This document shows positions 1 through 11,145 of a stretch of DNA of 64,000 nucleotides, piece after piece (positions within the stretch are counted from its first letter, which is position 1; each line of letters opens with the position of its first letter). The stretch is taken from NCBI RefSeq assembly GCF_003334355.1, contig NZ_QOWP01000010.1; one strand, written 5' to 3'. Position numbers and translations under genes: made by a program. The DNA is from Escherichia coli. Its GTDB lineage: Bacteria; Pseudomonadota; Gammaproteobacteria; Enterobacterales; Enterobacteriaceae. The notes under the pieces were generated by a model, which ran no database searches, was not told where the DNA came from, and saw only the letters and a program-made list of their open reading frames with translations.

Positions 1-761
1 TCCAGCGATTGCGCTTGCTGCCAACAGAGCTTTCTACCGGGATCATGGTTAACATTCCGGCCTATTCGCTGGTCTACTATCAGAACGGCAATCAGGTGCT
101 GGATTCGCGAGTCATTGTCGGTCGCCCCGATCGCAAAACGCCGATGATGAGCAGTGCCCTTAACAACGTAGTGGTAAACCCGCCGTGGAACGTACCTCCA
201 ACTCTGGCACGCAAAGATATTCTGCCAAAAGTGCGCAACGATCCGGGATATCTCGAAAGCCATGGCTATACGGTGATGCGCGGCTGGAACAGCAGAGAAG
301 CGATTGACCCATGGCAGGTTGACTGGTCTACAATCACGGCCTCGAATTTACCGTTCCGCTTCCAGCAGGCTCCAGGCCCACGGAACTCGCTGGGGCGCTA
401 TAAATTCAATATGCCGAGTTCAGAGGCCATTTATTTGCATGACACGCCGAACCACAATCTGTTCAAGCGTGATACACGCGCATTGAGCTCAGGCTGTGTA
501 CGAGTGAATAAAGCTTCCGATCTGGCGAATATGCTGTTGCAGGATGCAGGCTGGAATGACAAACGTATTTCTGATGCGCTGAAGCAGGGTGATACACGTT
601 ACGTCAATATTCGGCAGTCGATTCCGGTGAATCTCTACTACCTGACGGCCTTTGTTGGTGCAGATGGTCGTACCCAGTATCGTACAGATATTTACAATTA
701 TGATCTGCCTGCGCGATCCAGCTCGCAAATCGTATCGAAAGCGGAACAATTAATCAGGTAA
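1..761 (+). CDS. ldtD: L,D-transpeptidase LdtD (YcbB), C-terminal portion; 5' end lies upstream of the window
   Basis: ORF 9..761 is open to the window edge; translation contains the YkuD-type catalytic region (…[23 protein letters not shown]…); followed by mepK-gloC as in K-12. Confidence 0.88.
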
Positions 762-941
762 ATGAAGTAGTTCGGGGAAATCAGTTGTCGTAATAATTAG
801 CATGATTGGGGGCGATTCTCTGCAGCCCCCGTCACTGCTGGGGTTGAGTCATCTTGACGTCTGCTTTACGGGCGGTTAAGGTGCCTCTTGTGCGCCAGAA
901 GTGCATATAAACGATAACATTGACCTGTAGACTTGATTATC

Positions 942-1490
942 ATGGACAAATTCGACGCTAATCGCCGCAAATTGCTGGCGCTTGGTGGCGTTGCACTCGG
1001 TGCCGCCATCCTGCCGACCCCTGCGTTTGCAACACTCTCTACCCCACGCCCGCGCATTTTGACACTCAATAATCTTCATACCGGAGAGTCAATCAAAGCG
1101 GAGTTTTTCGATGGCAGAGGCTATATTCAGGAAGAATTGGCAAAACTTAACCATTTTTTCCGCGATTACCGCGCGAACAAAATAAAGTCCATCGACCCAG
1201 GATTATTCGACCAGTTGTATCGCCTGCAAGGGTTGTTAGGCACGCGCAAACCGGTGCAACTCATTTCCGGTTATCGTTCTATTGATACCAACAATGAACT
1301 ACGCGCCCGCAGCCGTGGAGTAGCGAAGAAAAGCTATCACACTAAAGGCCAGGCGATGGATTTCCATATTGAAGGTATCGCGTTAAGCAATATTCGCAAA
1401 GCCGCGTTATCTATGCGCGCAGGTGGTGTAGGATATTATCCACGTAGTAACTTTGTGCATATTGATACCGGGCCAGCACGGCACTGGTAG
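942..1490 (+). CDS. mepK: peptidoglycan L,D-endopeptidase MepK (YcbK), Tat-signal protein
   Basis: ORF 933..1490; recognised N-terminus MDKFDANRRKLLALGGVALGAA (twin-arginine signal) at ATG 942; 182 aa. Confidence 0.9.
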   Translation: MDKFDANRRKLLALGGVALGAAILPTPAFATLSTPRPRILTLNNLHTGESIKAEFFDGRGYIQEELAKLNHFFRDYRANKIKSIDPGLFDQLYRLQGLLGTRKPVQLISGYRSIDTNNELRARSRGVAKKSYHTKGQAMDFHIEGIALSNIRKAALSMRAGGVGYYPRSNFVHIDTGPARHW

Positions 1491-1516
1491 TAATTGCTTA
1501 ACGAAACAGGGGCAGT

Positions 1517-2164
1517 ATGAACTATCGTATTATTCCGGTCACCGCATTCTCCCAGAACTGTTCATTAATCTGGTGTGAACAAACCCGTCTGGCCGCACTG
1601 GTCGATCCTGGCGGCGATGCGGAAAAAATCAAACAGGAAGTTGATGACAGCGGCCTGACACTGATGCAGATCCTGCTGACTCATGGTCATCTGGACCACG
1701 TTGGCGCAGCGGCGGAACTGGCGCAACATTACGGCGTGCCGGTTTTCGGCCCGGAAAAAGAAGATGAGTTCTGGCTGCAAGGCTTGCCTGCGCAAAGTCG
1801 TATGTTTGGTCTGGAAGAGTGCCAGCCGCTGACGCCAGATCGTTGGCTGAACGAAGGCGATACCATCAGCATAGGGAATGTGACTTTACAGGTGTTACAT
1901 TGCCCTGGGCATACGCCGGGTCATGTCGTGTTTTTTGATGATCGGGCAAAGCTGCTGATTTCTGGCGATGTTATTTTCAAAGGCGGAGTAGGGCGCAGTG
2001 ACTTCCCGCGTGGCGATCATAATCAACTGATTTCTTCAATCAAAGATAAATTGCTGCCACTGGGGGATGACGTGATATTTATTCCGGGTCACGGACCATT
2101 ATCCACACTTGGTTATGAACGCCTGCATAATCCCTTCCTGCAAGACGAAATGCCCGTCTGGTAA
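1517..2164 (+). CDS. gloC: metallo-beta-lactamase fold hydroxyacylglutathione hydrolase GloC (YcbL)
   Basis: ORF 1517..2164, 215 aa; HxHxDH motif ([10 protein letters not shown]) typical of glyoxalase II family. Confidence 0.9.
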
Positions 2165-2170
2165 GGCACA

Positions 2171-2196
2171 TAAAAAAGCCCGCTTTTAATGCGGGC
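2171..2196 (-). terminator. hairpin gcccgc-ttttaat-gcgggc preceded by A6 on the plus strand (U-tract on the minus strand); candidate intrinsic terminator for aspC
   Basis: inverted repeat read directly; T-tract orientation implies minus-strand termination. Confidence 0.4.
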
Positions 2197-2214
2197 CTGG
2201 ATTTCTGGCAAAGT

Positions 2215-2335
2215 GCGCTTTGTTTATGCCGGATGCGGCACGAGCGCCTTATCCGGCCTACAAAATCGTGCAAATTCAAAATATTGCAGGGGACGCGTAG
2301 GCCTGATAAGCGTAGCGCATCAGGCAATGTTGCGT
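2215..2335. repeat. REP/BIME element cluster (two REP units in opposite orientation) between convergent gloC and aspC
   Basis: gccggatgcggcacgagcgccttatccggcctac and gtaggcctgataagcgtagcgcatcaggc match the E. coli REP consensus (GCCGGATGCGGCG…/GCCTGATGCG…). Confidence 0.8.
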
Positions 2336-2349
2336 TTGTCATCAGTCTC

Positions 2350-2385
2350 AGCCCGCTTTTCAGCGGGCTTCATTGTTTTTAATGC
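2350..2385 (+). terminator. hairpin agcccgc-ttttc-agcgggct followed by a T-rich run; candidate plus-strand terminator downstream of gloC
   Basis: inverted repeat plus tcattgttttt read directly. Confidence 0.35.
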
Positions 2386-3576
2386 TTACAGCACTGCCAC
2401 AATCGCTTCGCACAGCGGAGCCATGTTATCTGGTGTCATCCCGGCCACATTTACGCGACCAGAAGCAACCGCATATACGCCAAACTCTTCGCGCAGACGC
2501 AGCACTTGTTCTTTTGTCAGGCCACTGAAGGAGAACATGCCGTTCTGTTTGATGATAAAGCTGAAGTCGCGGTTTGCGCCTTTTTCCTGCAGCGTATTGA
2601 CGAACAACTGACGCATACGCTGAATACGCTGGCGCATATCAGTCAGCTCTTGTTCCCAAATCGCACGTAACGCATCGTTGCTCAGGATGGTGGCAACAAC
2701 AGAAGCGCCGTGTGCTGGTGGGTTAGAGTAGTTAGCGCGAATCGCCGCTTTCATTTGGCTGAATGCGCGATCAACGGTTTCACTGTCGGCAGCAACCAGA
2801 GTACAAGCGCCAACACGCTCGTTGTACAGGCCAAAGTTTTTAGAGTAGGAACTGGCAACAATCAGCTCTTTATGCATAGCCGCGAAAGCGCGCAGTCCTT
2901 CAGCATCTTCTTCCAGACCACGGGCAAAACCCTGGTAAGCGAAGTCAAACAGCGGTAACCAGCCTTTCTCAACGGAGAGTTGTGCCAGTGTTTGCCATTG
3001 TTCCAGCGTAGGGTCGATACCGGTTGGGTTATGGCAGCAGCCATGGAACAGCACTACGTCGCCAGCCTGAGCTTCATTCAGGCTGTTAATCAGTGCATCG
3101 AAGTCAAGAGTGTGATTTTCCGCATCATAATAAGCGTATTCACGAACTTCCAGACCTGCAGAGTTAAAGACGCTCTTATGGTTCGGCCAGCTTGGGTTGC
3201 TCACCCACACACGCTTAACGCTGGTATTTTTTGCCAGGAAATCGGCAGCCACGCGTAGTGCGCCAGTGCCCCCCGGAGTCTGTGCCGTGCGAGCACGTTT
3301 GTCATTGATCAGGGCGCTACCTTTACCAAACAGCAGTTCCTGAGTGCAGCGACCAAATTCAGGGATGCCGTCAATGCCGAGGTAATTTTTGGTGGTTTCA
3401 TTTTCGAGCAGATACTGTTCAGCCTTTTTCACGCTGGTCAGTACCGGGGTTTTGCCCGTCTCATCTTTATAGACACCAATCCCGAGGTTAATTTTGCCGG
3501 GACGTTCATCGGCACGAAACAGATCGGCCAGGCCCAGAATCGGGTCGGCAGGAGCGGCGGTAATGTTCTCAAACAT
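2386..3576 (-). CDS. aspC: aspartate aminotransferase AspC
   Basis: ORF 396 aa; N-terminus [46 protein letters not shown] recognised as AspC. Confidence 0.97.
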   Translation of the reverse strand: MFENITAAPADPILGLADLFRADERPGKINLGIGVYKDETGKTPVLTSVKKAEQYLLENETTKNYLGIDGIPEFGRCTQELLFGKGSALINDKRARTAQTPGGTGALRVAADFLAKNTSVKRVWVSNPSWPNHKSVFNSAGLEVREYAYYDAENHTLDFDALINSLNEAQAGDVVLFHGCCHNPTGIDPTLEQWQTLAQLSVEKGWLPLFDFAYQGFARGLEEDAEGLRAFAAMHKELIVASSYSKNFGLYNERVGACTLVAADSETVDRAFSQMKAAIRANYSNPPAHGASVVATILSNDALRAIWEQELTDMRQRIQRMRQLFVNTLQEKGANRDFSFIIKQNGMFSFSGLTKEQVLRLREEFGVYAVASGRVNVAGMTPDNMAPLCEAIVAVL

Positions 3577-3760
3577 GACGAGGTTCCATTATGGTTACAG
3601 AAGGGAAGTCCGCTATCAGGGTAACGGGAGATTTACAAAATTCCAACTATTACTGATGAAAACTCAGGCTGTTTTTGCAAGACGTGAGATTGCTCTGGAA
3701 GGTATAAAAAAAACAGGACCAAAGTCCTGTTTTTTCGGCATTTAACAAAGAGGTGTGCTA

Positions 3761-4849
3761 TTAGAACTGGTAAACGATACCCACAGCAACGGTGTCGTCT
3801 GAACCTACGCCCAGTTTGTTGTCAGAATCGATCTGGTTGATGATGTAGTCAACATAGGTGGACATATTTTTGTTGAAGTAGTAGGTTGCGCCCACTTCAA
3901 AGTAGTTCACCAGATCAACATCACCGATACCTTCTACGTCTTTCGCTTTAGATTTGGTGTAAGCGATGGACGGACGCAGACCGAAATCGAACTGGTATTG
4001 CGCAACTAACAGAACGTCTTGCGTTTTGTTGGCGAAGCCGCTGGTGTTTGTAAATTTATTAGTAATCGGCGTAGCGTTACGGGTTTCACCGTAGTTCGCT
4101 GCCAGGTAGATGTTGTTCGCGTCGTACTTCAGACCAGTAGCCCACTGTTCAGCTTTTTTACCGTTGCCAAGAGGTTGAGCTTCTTGCAGGTTGGTACGGT
4201 CAGCTGCACCATAAGCACCAACGATACCAAAGCCTTCGTATTCGTAGCTGATAGAACCGCCAACACCGTCGCCGTTAGAGCGGCGTGCAGTGTCACGCTC
4301 GTTTTTACCCAGGTACTGAACAGCGAAGTTCAGGCCATCAACCAGACCAAAGAAGTTGGAGTTACGATAGGTAGCAACGCCGCCAACACGACCAACGAAG
4401 AAGTCATCGCTGTATGCAGTATCACCACCAAATTCTGGCAGCATATCGGTGTAACCCAGTGCATCATAAACCACACCGTAGTTACGGCCGTAATCGAAAG
4501 AACCAATGTCAGCGTATTTAAGACCCGCGAATGCCAGACGCGTTTTGTTACCAGTTTGAGCGTCAGCGCCTTCAGAGTTGTTACCCTGGAAGTTATATTC
4601 CCACTGACCATAACCGGTCAGATCGGAATTGATTTGTGTTTCCCCTTTAAAACCAAGACGGGCATAAGTTTTGTCGCCGTTTCCGCCGTAACTGTTTACA
4701 CCATTGTCTTTAGAAAAATAATGCAGACCGACAGCTTTACCGTACAGATCTACTTTGTTGCCATCTTTGTTATAGATTTCTGCAGCGTTTGCAGTACCTG
4801 CTACTAACAGAGCAGGGACGATCACTGCCAGAATATTGCGCTTCATCAT
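3761..4849 (-). CDS. ompF: outer membrane porin OmpF
   Basis: ORF 362 aa; signal peptide [22 protein letters not shown] followed by [16 protein letters not shown]; C-terminal …VGIVYQF. Confidence 0.98.
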   Translation of the reverse strand: MMKRNILAVIVPALLVAGTANAAEIYNKDGNKVDLYGKAVGLHYFSKDNGVNSYGGNGDKTYARLGFKGETQINSDLTGYGQWEYNFQGNNSEGADAQTGNKTRLAFAGLKYADIGSFDYGRNYGVVYDALGYTDMLPEFGGDTAYSDDFFVGRVGGVATYRNSNFFGLVDGLNFAVQYLGKNERDTARRSNGDGVGGSISYEYEGFGIVGAYGAADRTNLQEAQPLGNGKKAEQWATGLKYDANNIYLAANYGETRNATPITNKFTNTSGFANKTQDVLLVAQYQFDFGLRPSIAYTKSKAKDVEGIGDVDLVNYFEVGATYYFNKNMSTYVDYIINQIDSDNKLGVGSDDTVAVGIVYQF

Positions 4850-5345
4850 TATTTATTACCCTCATGGTTTTTTTTATGACACCTGCCACTGCCGTCAATA
4901 AGTTCTGTCAATAAAAATTTACGGAGCTATTGATGAGAGTTTGGTGTCTTTATGTGTCTGCAGGCATCTTTCCATTCAAACTAACGTTTCGCTACCGTGA
5001 AAGTGCTACAAAGATAAAGATTTGGTTTCAAAAAGAAAAAATATGTAACCAAAAGTAAAATTTAAGGAACTTTGTGAACACCGTCATATTTCCATAGAAG
5101 CGTGATGATATTTACAGCAATTTTTATCTATTTATATGATTTCCTTATATTTAAATTAACTAAACGGAAATTTTGTTTCTGATGGAAACTTTATCGACCT
5201 GGCACTAAATCCTCGTTCAGACATCCAGAATGCCAAAAAATAGTATGAAAATTGTGCTATCAGCTAAGAAAAAACTAATCCGCAATAAGAATCCAGGTTA
5301 TTTTTTGTGCGTAAATGTTGCAATGTAATATTCCGTAACAGGATG
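4850..5345 (-). promoter_or_regulatory. extended ompF 5' UTR and upstream regulatory region (OmpR/IHF-controlled promoter; the 5' UTR is the MicF target)
   Basis: about 600-bp AT-rich non-coding gap upstream of ompF; contains a recognisable OmpR F1 site; extent approximate. Confidence 0.6.
5040..5059 (-). promoter_or_regulatory. OmpR binding site F1 of the ompF promoter
   Basis: minus-strand sequence TTTACTTTTGGTTACATATT (plus strand aatatgtaaccaaaagtaaa) matches the published F1 site. Confidence 0.6.
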
Positions 5346-5408
5346 ATCGTTATGGCGGGGTTGCAAATAGATTGCTTGACTTAACAAACAGATAACTTGA
5401 CAGAAAGG

Positions 5409-5440
5409 ATAAAAAAGAGCCAGCAGGCGCTGGCTCTTTG
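5409..5440 (-). terminator. intrinsic terminator of asnS
   Basis: hairpin agagccagc-aggcg-ctggctct with A6 upstream on the plus strand (U-tract on the minus strand), about 10 nt past the asnS stop. Confidence 0.6.
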
Positions 5441-5450
5441 AGGAAGAAAA

Positions 5451-6851
5451 TCAGAAGCTGGCGTTGCGCGGAGTACGTGGGAACGGAATCACATCACGCA
5501 CGTTTTGCACGCCAGTTACGTAAGCAATCAGGCGTTCAAAACCAAGACCGAAACCTGAATGCGGAACAGTACCGTAGCGACGCAGATCGCGATACCACCA
5601 GTAATCTTCTTTATTCAGGCCCATTTCCAGCATACGCTCGTCCAGAACGTCCAGACGTTCTTCACGCTGGGAGCCACCAATGATCTCACCGATGCCCGGA
5701 GCCAGAACGTCCATAGCCGCAACGGTTTTACCGTCTTCGTTGAGGCGCATATAGAACGCTTTAATATCTTTCGGATAGTTTTTAACCACTACCGGTGCTT
5801 TAAAGTGTTCTTCCGCCAGATAACGCTCATGCTCAGAAGAGAGATCGACGCCCCAGTAAACCGGGTTTTCAAACTTCCTGCCGCAGTTTTCGAGAATGGT
5901 CACTGCGTCGGTGTAATCCACCTGCGCGAAATCGGCCTCAATGAAGCGTTCCAGACGTGAAACGGCATCTTTATCTACGCGTTCAGCGAAGAATTTCATG
6001 TCGTCTGCGCGTTCTTCGAGAACCGCTTTGAAGACATATTTCAGCATGGCTTCAGCCAGACCCGCGATATCGTTCAGGTTAGCAAACGCCACTTCCGGCT
6101 CCAGCATCCAGAACTCCGCCAGGTGACGGCTGGTGTTGGAGTTTTCAGCACGGAAAGTCGGGCCGAAGGTATAAATTTTGGATAATGCGCAAGCGTAGGT
6201 TTCGCCGTTCAACTGGCCAGATACGGTCAGGAAAGACTCTTTACCAAAGAAGTCTTTGTCGAAATCCACTTTGCCCTGATCGTTACGCGGCAGATTTTCC
6301 AGATCCAGCGTAGAAACGCGGAACATTTCGCCAGCCCCTTCGGTATCAGACGCAGTAATCAGTGGCGTTGAAACCCAGAAGAATCCCTGCTCGTTAAAGA
6401 AGCGATGCAGCGCCTGCGCCAGCGTATGGCGAACGCGCGCGACGGCACCAATCAGGTTTGTGCGCGGACGCAGGTGAGCGACTTCACGCAGATACTCAAT
6501 GCTGTGGCGTTTTGCCGCCATCGGGTAAGTGTCTGGATCTTCAACCCAACCAGCAACTTCAACCTTGCTGGCCTGAATTTCAAATTGTTGCCCCTGGCCC
6601 GGCGACGCCACGACTTTACCCGTCACAATGACCGAGCAACCGGTGGTCAGACGCAGGACGTCTTCATTGTAATTGGGCAGAGAATTATTGATGACAGCCT
6701 GTACAGGATCAAAGCAGGAACCGTCATAAACGGCGAGGAAGGAGATGCCAGCTTTTGAATCTCGGCGGGTACGTACCCATCCGCGTACGGTGACTTCGCT
6801 GTCAACGGCTACGCGGCCCTGGAGTACGTCGGCTACAGGCACAACGCTCAT
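5451..6851 (-). CDS. asnS: asparagine--tRNA ligase AsnS
   Basis: ORF 5451..6896; recognised start [30 protein letters not shown] at the internal ATG (6851); class II aaRS motifs (…FRAE…GFGLGFERL…). Confidence 0.95.
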
Positions 6852-6981
6852 AATATTCTCTCTGTTAATAGTCGGAAAAAATAAACACTTGTCCACCCGT
6901 AAATGGGGGGATACCTATGTTACCTGGCATCTGCAATCAGACAAGCAGAATTCGCAAATGCAGCGAAAGATTTCGGAATTA

Positions 6982-7011
6982 AAGGTAAAAAAAGGGAGCC
7001 GATTAGCTCCC
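6982..7011 (-). terminator. candidate intrinsic terminator of pncB
   Basis: hairpin gggagcc-gatta-gctccc with an A-run upstream on the plus strand, immediately past the pncB stop. Confidence 0.45.
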
Positions 7012-7019
7012 TGATGATA

Positions 7020-8222
7020 TTAACTGGCTTTTTTAATATGCGGAAGGTCGAACGCTTTGCGCAGCGCCCGAACAAACGCTTTATCGTGGCAGATAGTTTT
7101 GCCAGGGCTGTCAGAAAGTTTCGCCACCGGTTTACCGTTACACTCTACCAACTTAATCACAATATTCAGGGGTTTTACCTGGGGGATATCGCAGGTCAGG
7201 CGAGTCCCAATACCAAAACTTAATTGCACGCGGGAAGAGAAGTGGCGGTATAGCTCAACCGCTTTGCGTAAATCCAGATTGTCAGAGAAAACCAGCGTTT
7301 TACTCTGTGGATCAATTCCCAGCTTTTCATAATGTGCAATGGCTTTTTCACCCCATTCAACCGGGTCGCCAGAGTCATGACGCAGGCCCTGATACCGACT
7401 AGCGAACTCGACACCGAAATCACGCAGGAAAGCATCCATAGTGATGCAGTCGGTTAATGCAATGCCAAGTTGGTCGGGATACTCTTCCAGCCAGGCAGCA
7501 AGTGCAGCTCGCTGGCTGTTGGCTAGATCCGGGCTGATTTGCTGATGTGCCTGGAACCATTCGTGTGCCTGTGTTCCCATCGGCGTGAGGGAAAGCCGAC
7601 GCGCCAGATCGTAGTTGCTGGTGCCCACAAACCAGGATTCCTGTTGCAGACGCTTAACGATGGTTTCTTGTACTTCGCGAGAAAAACGGCGACGGGTGCC
7701 AAAATCCATCAGATGGAAGCGCGACATATCAAGACCGGCGGTTAACGCCGAGAAGTCGACTAATTTGCTTTCCAGCGTGTCGAGGGCTTGCGCAACGTCG
7801 GCCTGCGGTGAGCGATAGCGATGTACCATTTCACTGATAACCGCCAGCAAAGGAACTTCCCAGAGGATGACTTCACGCCACGGGCCGCTTAAACGAATAT
7901 CCAGCTTGCCATTATCGTTGGACACGGTGACTTGTTCCGGGTTAAAGCGGAACTCGCGTAACCAGTTAAGATAGTCGGCCTTAAAGAAAGGCAGGGCAGA
8001 AAGCCACTGATATTCATCATCCTGCAGGCGCAGGTGCTGCATCGCCTGAACCTGTTCACGAATAGCATCGGCATAAATACCCAGCAGATCGTCACCTCGG
8101 CAACGAAACTCCGCCGCGACATGCACATCGTAATAGTGATGAAACACGGCTTGCTGCATATGCAACTTATAAGCATCTGTATCCAGCAACGAGTGCAGAA
8201 CAGGAGAAGCGAATTGTGTCAT
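7020..8222 (-). CDS. pncB: nicotinate phosphoribosyltransferase PncB
   Basis: ORF 7020..8270; recognised N-terminus [32 protein letters not shown] at ATG 8222; 400 aa. Confidence 0.95.
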   Translation of the reverse strand: MTQFASPVLHSLLDTDAYKLHMQQAVFHHYYDVHVAAEFRCRGDDLLGIYADAIREQVQAMQHLRLQDDEYQWLSALPFFKADYLNWLREFRFNPEQVTVSNDNGKLDIRLSGPWREVILWEVPLLAVISEMVHRYRSPQADVAQALDTLESKLVDFSALTAGLDMSRFHLMDFGTRRRFSREVQETIVKRLQQESWFVGTSNYDLARRLSLTPMGTQAHEWFQAHQQISPDLANSQRAALAAWLEEYPDQLGIALTDCITMDAFLRDFGVEFASRYQGLRHDSGDPVEWGEKAIAHYEKLGIDPQSKTLVFSDNLDLRKAVELYRHFSSRVQLSFGIGTRLTCDIPQVKPLNIVIKLVECNGKPVAKLSDSPGKTICHDKAFVRALRKAFDLPHIKKAS

Positions 8223-8252
8223 AGGTGCGCAGTAGCGTCCTCGTACAGGAGC

Positions 8253-8269
8253 GTTTAGTACAATAAACA
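8253..8269. promoter_or_regulatory. possible NadR-type operator (GTTTA-N6-TAAACA) in the pncB/pepN divergent region
   Basis: near-palindrome gtttagtacaataaaca about 30 bp upstream of the pncB start; pncB is a NAD-salvage gene. Confidence 0.3.
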
Positions 8270-8487
8270 TCTTCAGGAACTGCTGGAGTATACCTTGTTT
8301 CGCAATTTATTGAACCCCGATCACACCATATGCCACCTTTCTGGTCGATGGCATTACGCGGTGTATGTTATAAAAATGTAGCAATAAAGGCGTTTGTACC
8401 TGAAAAGATGAAGATTCTGCATAGCGCGATTTACGCAACAGGAATAGACTGAACACCAGACTCTATAAAAGATGCTAAAGGTTATTT

Positions 8488-11100
8488 ATGACTCAACAGC
8501 CACAAGCCAAATACCGTCACGATTATCGTGCGCCGGATTACCAGATTACTGATATTGACTTGACCTTTGACCTCGACGCGCAAAAGACGGTCGTTACCGC
8601 GGTCAGCCAGGCTGTCCGTCATGGTGCATCAGATGCTCCCCTTCGTCTCAACGGCGAAGACCTCAAACTGGTTTCTGTTCATATTAATGATGAGCCGTGG
8701 ACCGCCTGGAAAGAAGAAGAGGGCGCACTGGTTATCAGTAATTTGCCGGAGCGTTTTACGCTTAAGATCATTAATGAAATAAGCCCGGCGGCGAATACCG
8801 CGCTGGAAGGGCTTTATCAGTCAGGCGATGCGCTTTGCACCCAGTGTGAAGCCGAAGGTTTCCGCCATATTACGTATTATCTCGACCGCCCGGACGTGCT
8901 GGCGCGTTTTACCACCAAAATTATTGCCGATAAAATCAAATATCCCTTCCTGCTTTCCAATGGTAACCGCGTTGCGCAAGGCGAACTGGAAAACGGACGC
9001 CATTGGGTACAGTGGCAGGACCCGTTCCCGAAACCGTGCTACCTGTTTGCGCTGGTGGCAGGCGACTTTGATGTACTGCGCGATACCTTTACCACGCGTT
9101 CTGGTCGCGAAGTAGCACTGGAGCTGTACGTCGATCGCGGCAACCTTGATCGCGCGCCGTGGGCGATGACCTCGCTGAAAAACTCCATGAAATGGGATGA
9201 AGAACGCTTTGGCCTGGAGTATGACCTCGACATCTATATGATCGTCGCGGTGGATTTCTTCAATATGGGCGCAATGGAGAATAAGGGGCTGAATATCTTT
9301 AACTCCAAATATGTGCTGGCCCGCACCGACACCGCCACCGACAAAGATTACCTCGATATTGAACGCGTTATCGGCCATGAATATTTCCATAACTGGACCG
9401 GTAACCGAGTGACCTGTCGCGACTGGTTCCAGCTCAGCCTGAAAGAAGGTTTAACCGTCTTCCGCGATCAGGAGTTCAGCTCTGACCTTGGTTCCCGCGC
9501 AGTTAACCGCATCAATAATGTACGCACCATGCGCGGATTGCAGTTTGCAGAAGACGCCAGCCCGATGGCGCACCCGATCCGCCCGGATATGGTCATTGAG
9601 ATGAACAACTTCTACACCCTGACCGTTTACGAGAAGGGCGCGGAAGTGATTCGCATGATCCACACCCTGCTTGGCGAAGAAAACTTCCAGAAAGGGATGC
9701 AGCTTTATTTCGAGCGTCATGATGGTAGTGCAGCGACCTGTGACGACTTTGTGCAGGCGATGGAAGATGCGTCGAATGTCGATCTCTCCCATTTCCGCCG
9801 TTGGTACAGCCAGTCCGGTACACCGATTGTGACCGTCAAAGACGACTACAATCCGGAAACCGAGCAGTACACCCTGACCATCAGCCAGCGCACGCCAGCC
9901 ACGCCGGATCAGGCAGAAAAACAGCCGCTGCATATTCCGTTTGCCATCGAACTGTATGATAACGAAGGCAAAGTGATCCCGTTGCAGAAAGGCGGTCATC
10001 CGGTGAATTCCGTGCTGAACGTCACTCAGGCGGAACAGACCTTTGTCTTTGATAATGTCTACTTCCAGCCGGTGCCTGCGCTGCTGTGCGAATTCTCTGC
10101 GCCAGTGAAACTGGAATATAAGTGGAGCGATCAGCAACTGACCTTCCTGATGCGTCATGCGCGTAATGATTTCTCCCGTTGGGATGCGGCGCAAAGTTTG
10201 CTGGCAACCTACATCAAGCTGAACGTCGCCCGTCATCAGCAAGGGCAGCCGCTGTCTCTGCCGGTGCATGTGGCCGACGCCTTCCGCGCGGTGCTGCTCG
10301 ATGAGAAGATTGACCCGGCACTGGCGGCAGAAATTCTGACTCTGCCATCCGTCAATGAAATGGCTGAACTGTTCGATATCATCGACCCGATTGCTATTGC
10401 CGAAGTACGCGAAGCACTCACTCGTACTCTGGCGACTGAACTGGCGGATGAGTTGCTGGCTATTTACAACGCGAATTACCAGAGCGAGTACCGCGTTGAG
10501 CATGAAGATATTGCAAAACGCACTCTGCGTAATGCCTGTCTGCGCTTCCTTGCTTTTGGTGAAACGCATCTGGCTGACGTGCTGGTGAGCAAGCAATACC
10601 ATGAAGCAAACAATATGACCGATGCGCTGGCAGCGCTTTCTGCGGCGGTTGCTGCACAGCTGCCATGCCGTGACGCGCTGATGCAGGAGTACGACGACAA
10701 GTGGCATCAGGACGGTCTGGTGATGGATAAATGGTTTATCCTGCAAGCCACCAGCCCGGCGGCGAATGTGCTGGAGACGGTGCGCGGCCTGTTGCAGCAT
10801 CGCTCATTTACCATGAGCAACCCGAACCGTATTCGTTCGTTGATTGGTGCGTTTGCGGGCAGCAACCCGGCAGCGTTCCATGCCGAAGATGGCAGCGGTT
10901 ACCAGTTCCTGGTGGAAATGCTTACCGACCTCAACAGCCGTAACCCGCAGGTGGCTTCGCGCCTGATTGAGCCGCTGATTCGCCTGAAACGTTATGATGC
11001 CAAACGTCAGGAGAAAATGCGCGCGGCGCTGGAACAGTTGAAAGGGCTGGAAAATCTCTCTGGCGATCTGTACGAGAAGATCACCAAAGCACTGGCTTAA
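8488..11100 (+). CDS. pepN: aminopeptidase N PepN (M1 family zinc metallopeptidase)
   Basis: ORF 870 aa; GAMEN and HEYFHNWTGN…E zinc-binding motifs visible in the translation. Confidence 0.97.
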   Translation: MTQQPQAKYRHDYRAPDYQITDIDLTFDLDAQKTVVTAVSQAVRHGASDAPLRLNGEDLKLVSVHINDEPWTAWKEEEGALVISNLPERFTLKIINEISPAANTALEGLYQSGDALCTQCEAEGFRHITYYLDRPDVLARFTTKIIADKIKYPFLLSNGNRVAQGELENGRHWVQWQDPFPKPCYLFALVAGDFDVLRDTFTTRSGREVALELYVDRGNLDRAPWAMTSLKNSMKWDEERFGLEYDLDIYMIVAVDFFNMGAMENKGLNIFNSKYVLARTDTATDKDYLDIERVIGHEYFHNWTGNRVTCRDWFQLSLKEGLTVFRDQEFSSDLGSRAVNRINNVRTMRGLQFAEDASPMAHPIRPDMVIEMNNFYTLTVYEKGAEVIRMIHTLLGEENFQKGMQLYFERHDGSAATCDDFVQAMEDASNVDLSHFRRWYSQSGTPIVTVKDDYNPETEQYTLTISQRTPATPDQAEKQPLHIPFAIELYDNEGKVIPLQKGGHPVNSVLNVTQAEQTFVFDNVYFQPVPALLCEFSAPVKLEYKWSDQQLTFLMRHARNDFSRWDAAQSLLATYIKLNVARHQQGQPLSLPVHVADAFRAVLLDEKIDPALAAEILTLPSVNEMAELFDIIDPIAIAEVREALTRTLATELADELLAIYNANYQSEYRVEHEDIAKRTLRNACLRFLAFGETHLADVLVSKQYHEANNMTDALAALSAAVAAQLPCRDALMQEYDDKWHQDGLVMDKWFILQATSPAANVLETVRGLLQHRSFTMSNPNRIRSLIGAFAGSNPAAFHAEDGSGYQFLVEMLTDLNSRNPQVASRLIEPLIRLKRYDAKRQEKMRAALEQLKGLENLSGDLYEKITKALA

Positions 11101-11104
11101 TAAA

Positions 11105-11145
11105 TAACCGAATGGCGGCAATAGCGCCGCCATTCGGGGATTTTA
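11105..11145. terminator. hairpin between convergent pepN and ssuB; likely bidirectional terminator
   Basis: ccgaatggcggc-aata-gcgccgccattcgg perfect 12-bp stem flanked by A/T-rich runs. Confidence 0.55.

Noticed and set aside
2189-2611. 140-aa plus-strand ORF spanning the REP cluster and running antisense into aspC
   Set aside because: Starts inside REP repeats and ends inside aspC; the reading frame is an artefact of palindromic repeat sequence.
4019-4807. 262-aa plus-strand ORF antisense to ompF
   Set aside because: Completely nested in ompF; Val/Thr/Ser-rich composition mirrors the porin codons on the other strand; no independent start signals.
8223-8487. Possible small ORF or sRNA in the pncB-pepN divergent region
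   Set aside because: No convincing ORF with an RBS and no terminator-like hairpin; the region is adequately explained by two divergent promoters.
9451-10800. 449-aa ORF on the minus strand, entirely antisense to pepN
   Set aside because: Lies wholly inside the strongly supported pepN coding region; translation is low-complexity and Arg/His/Cys/Gln-rich with no recognisable domain; typical shadow ORF of a GC-rich gene.
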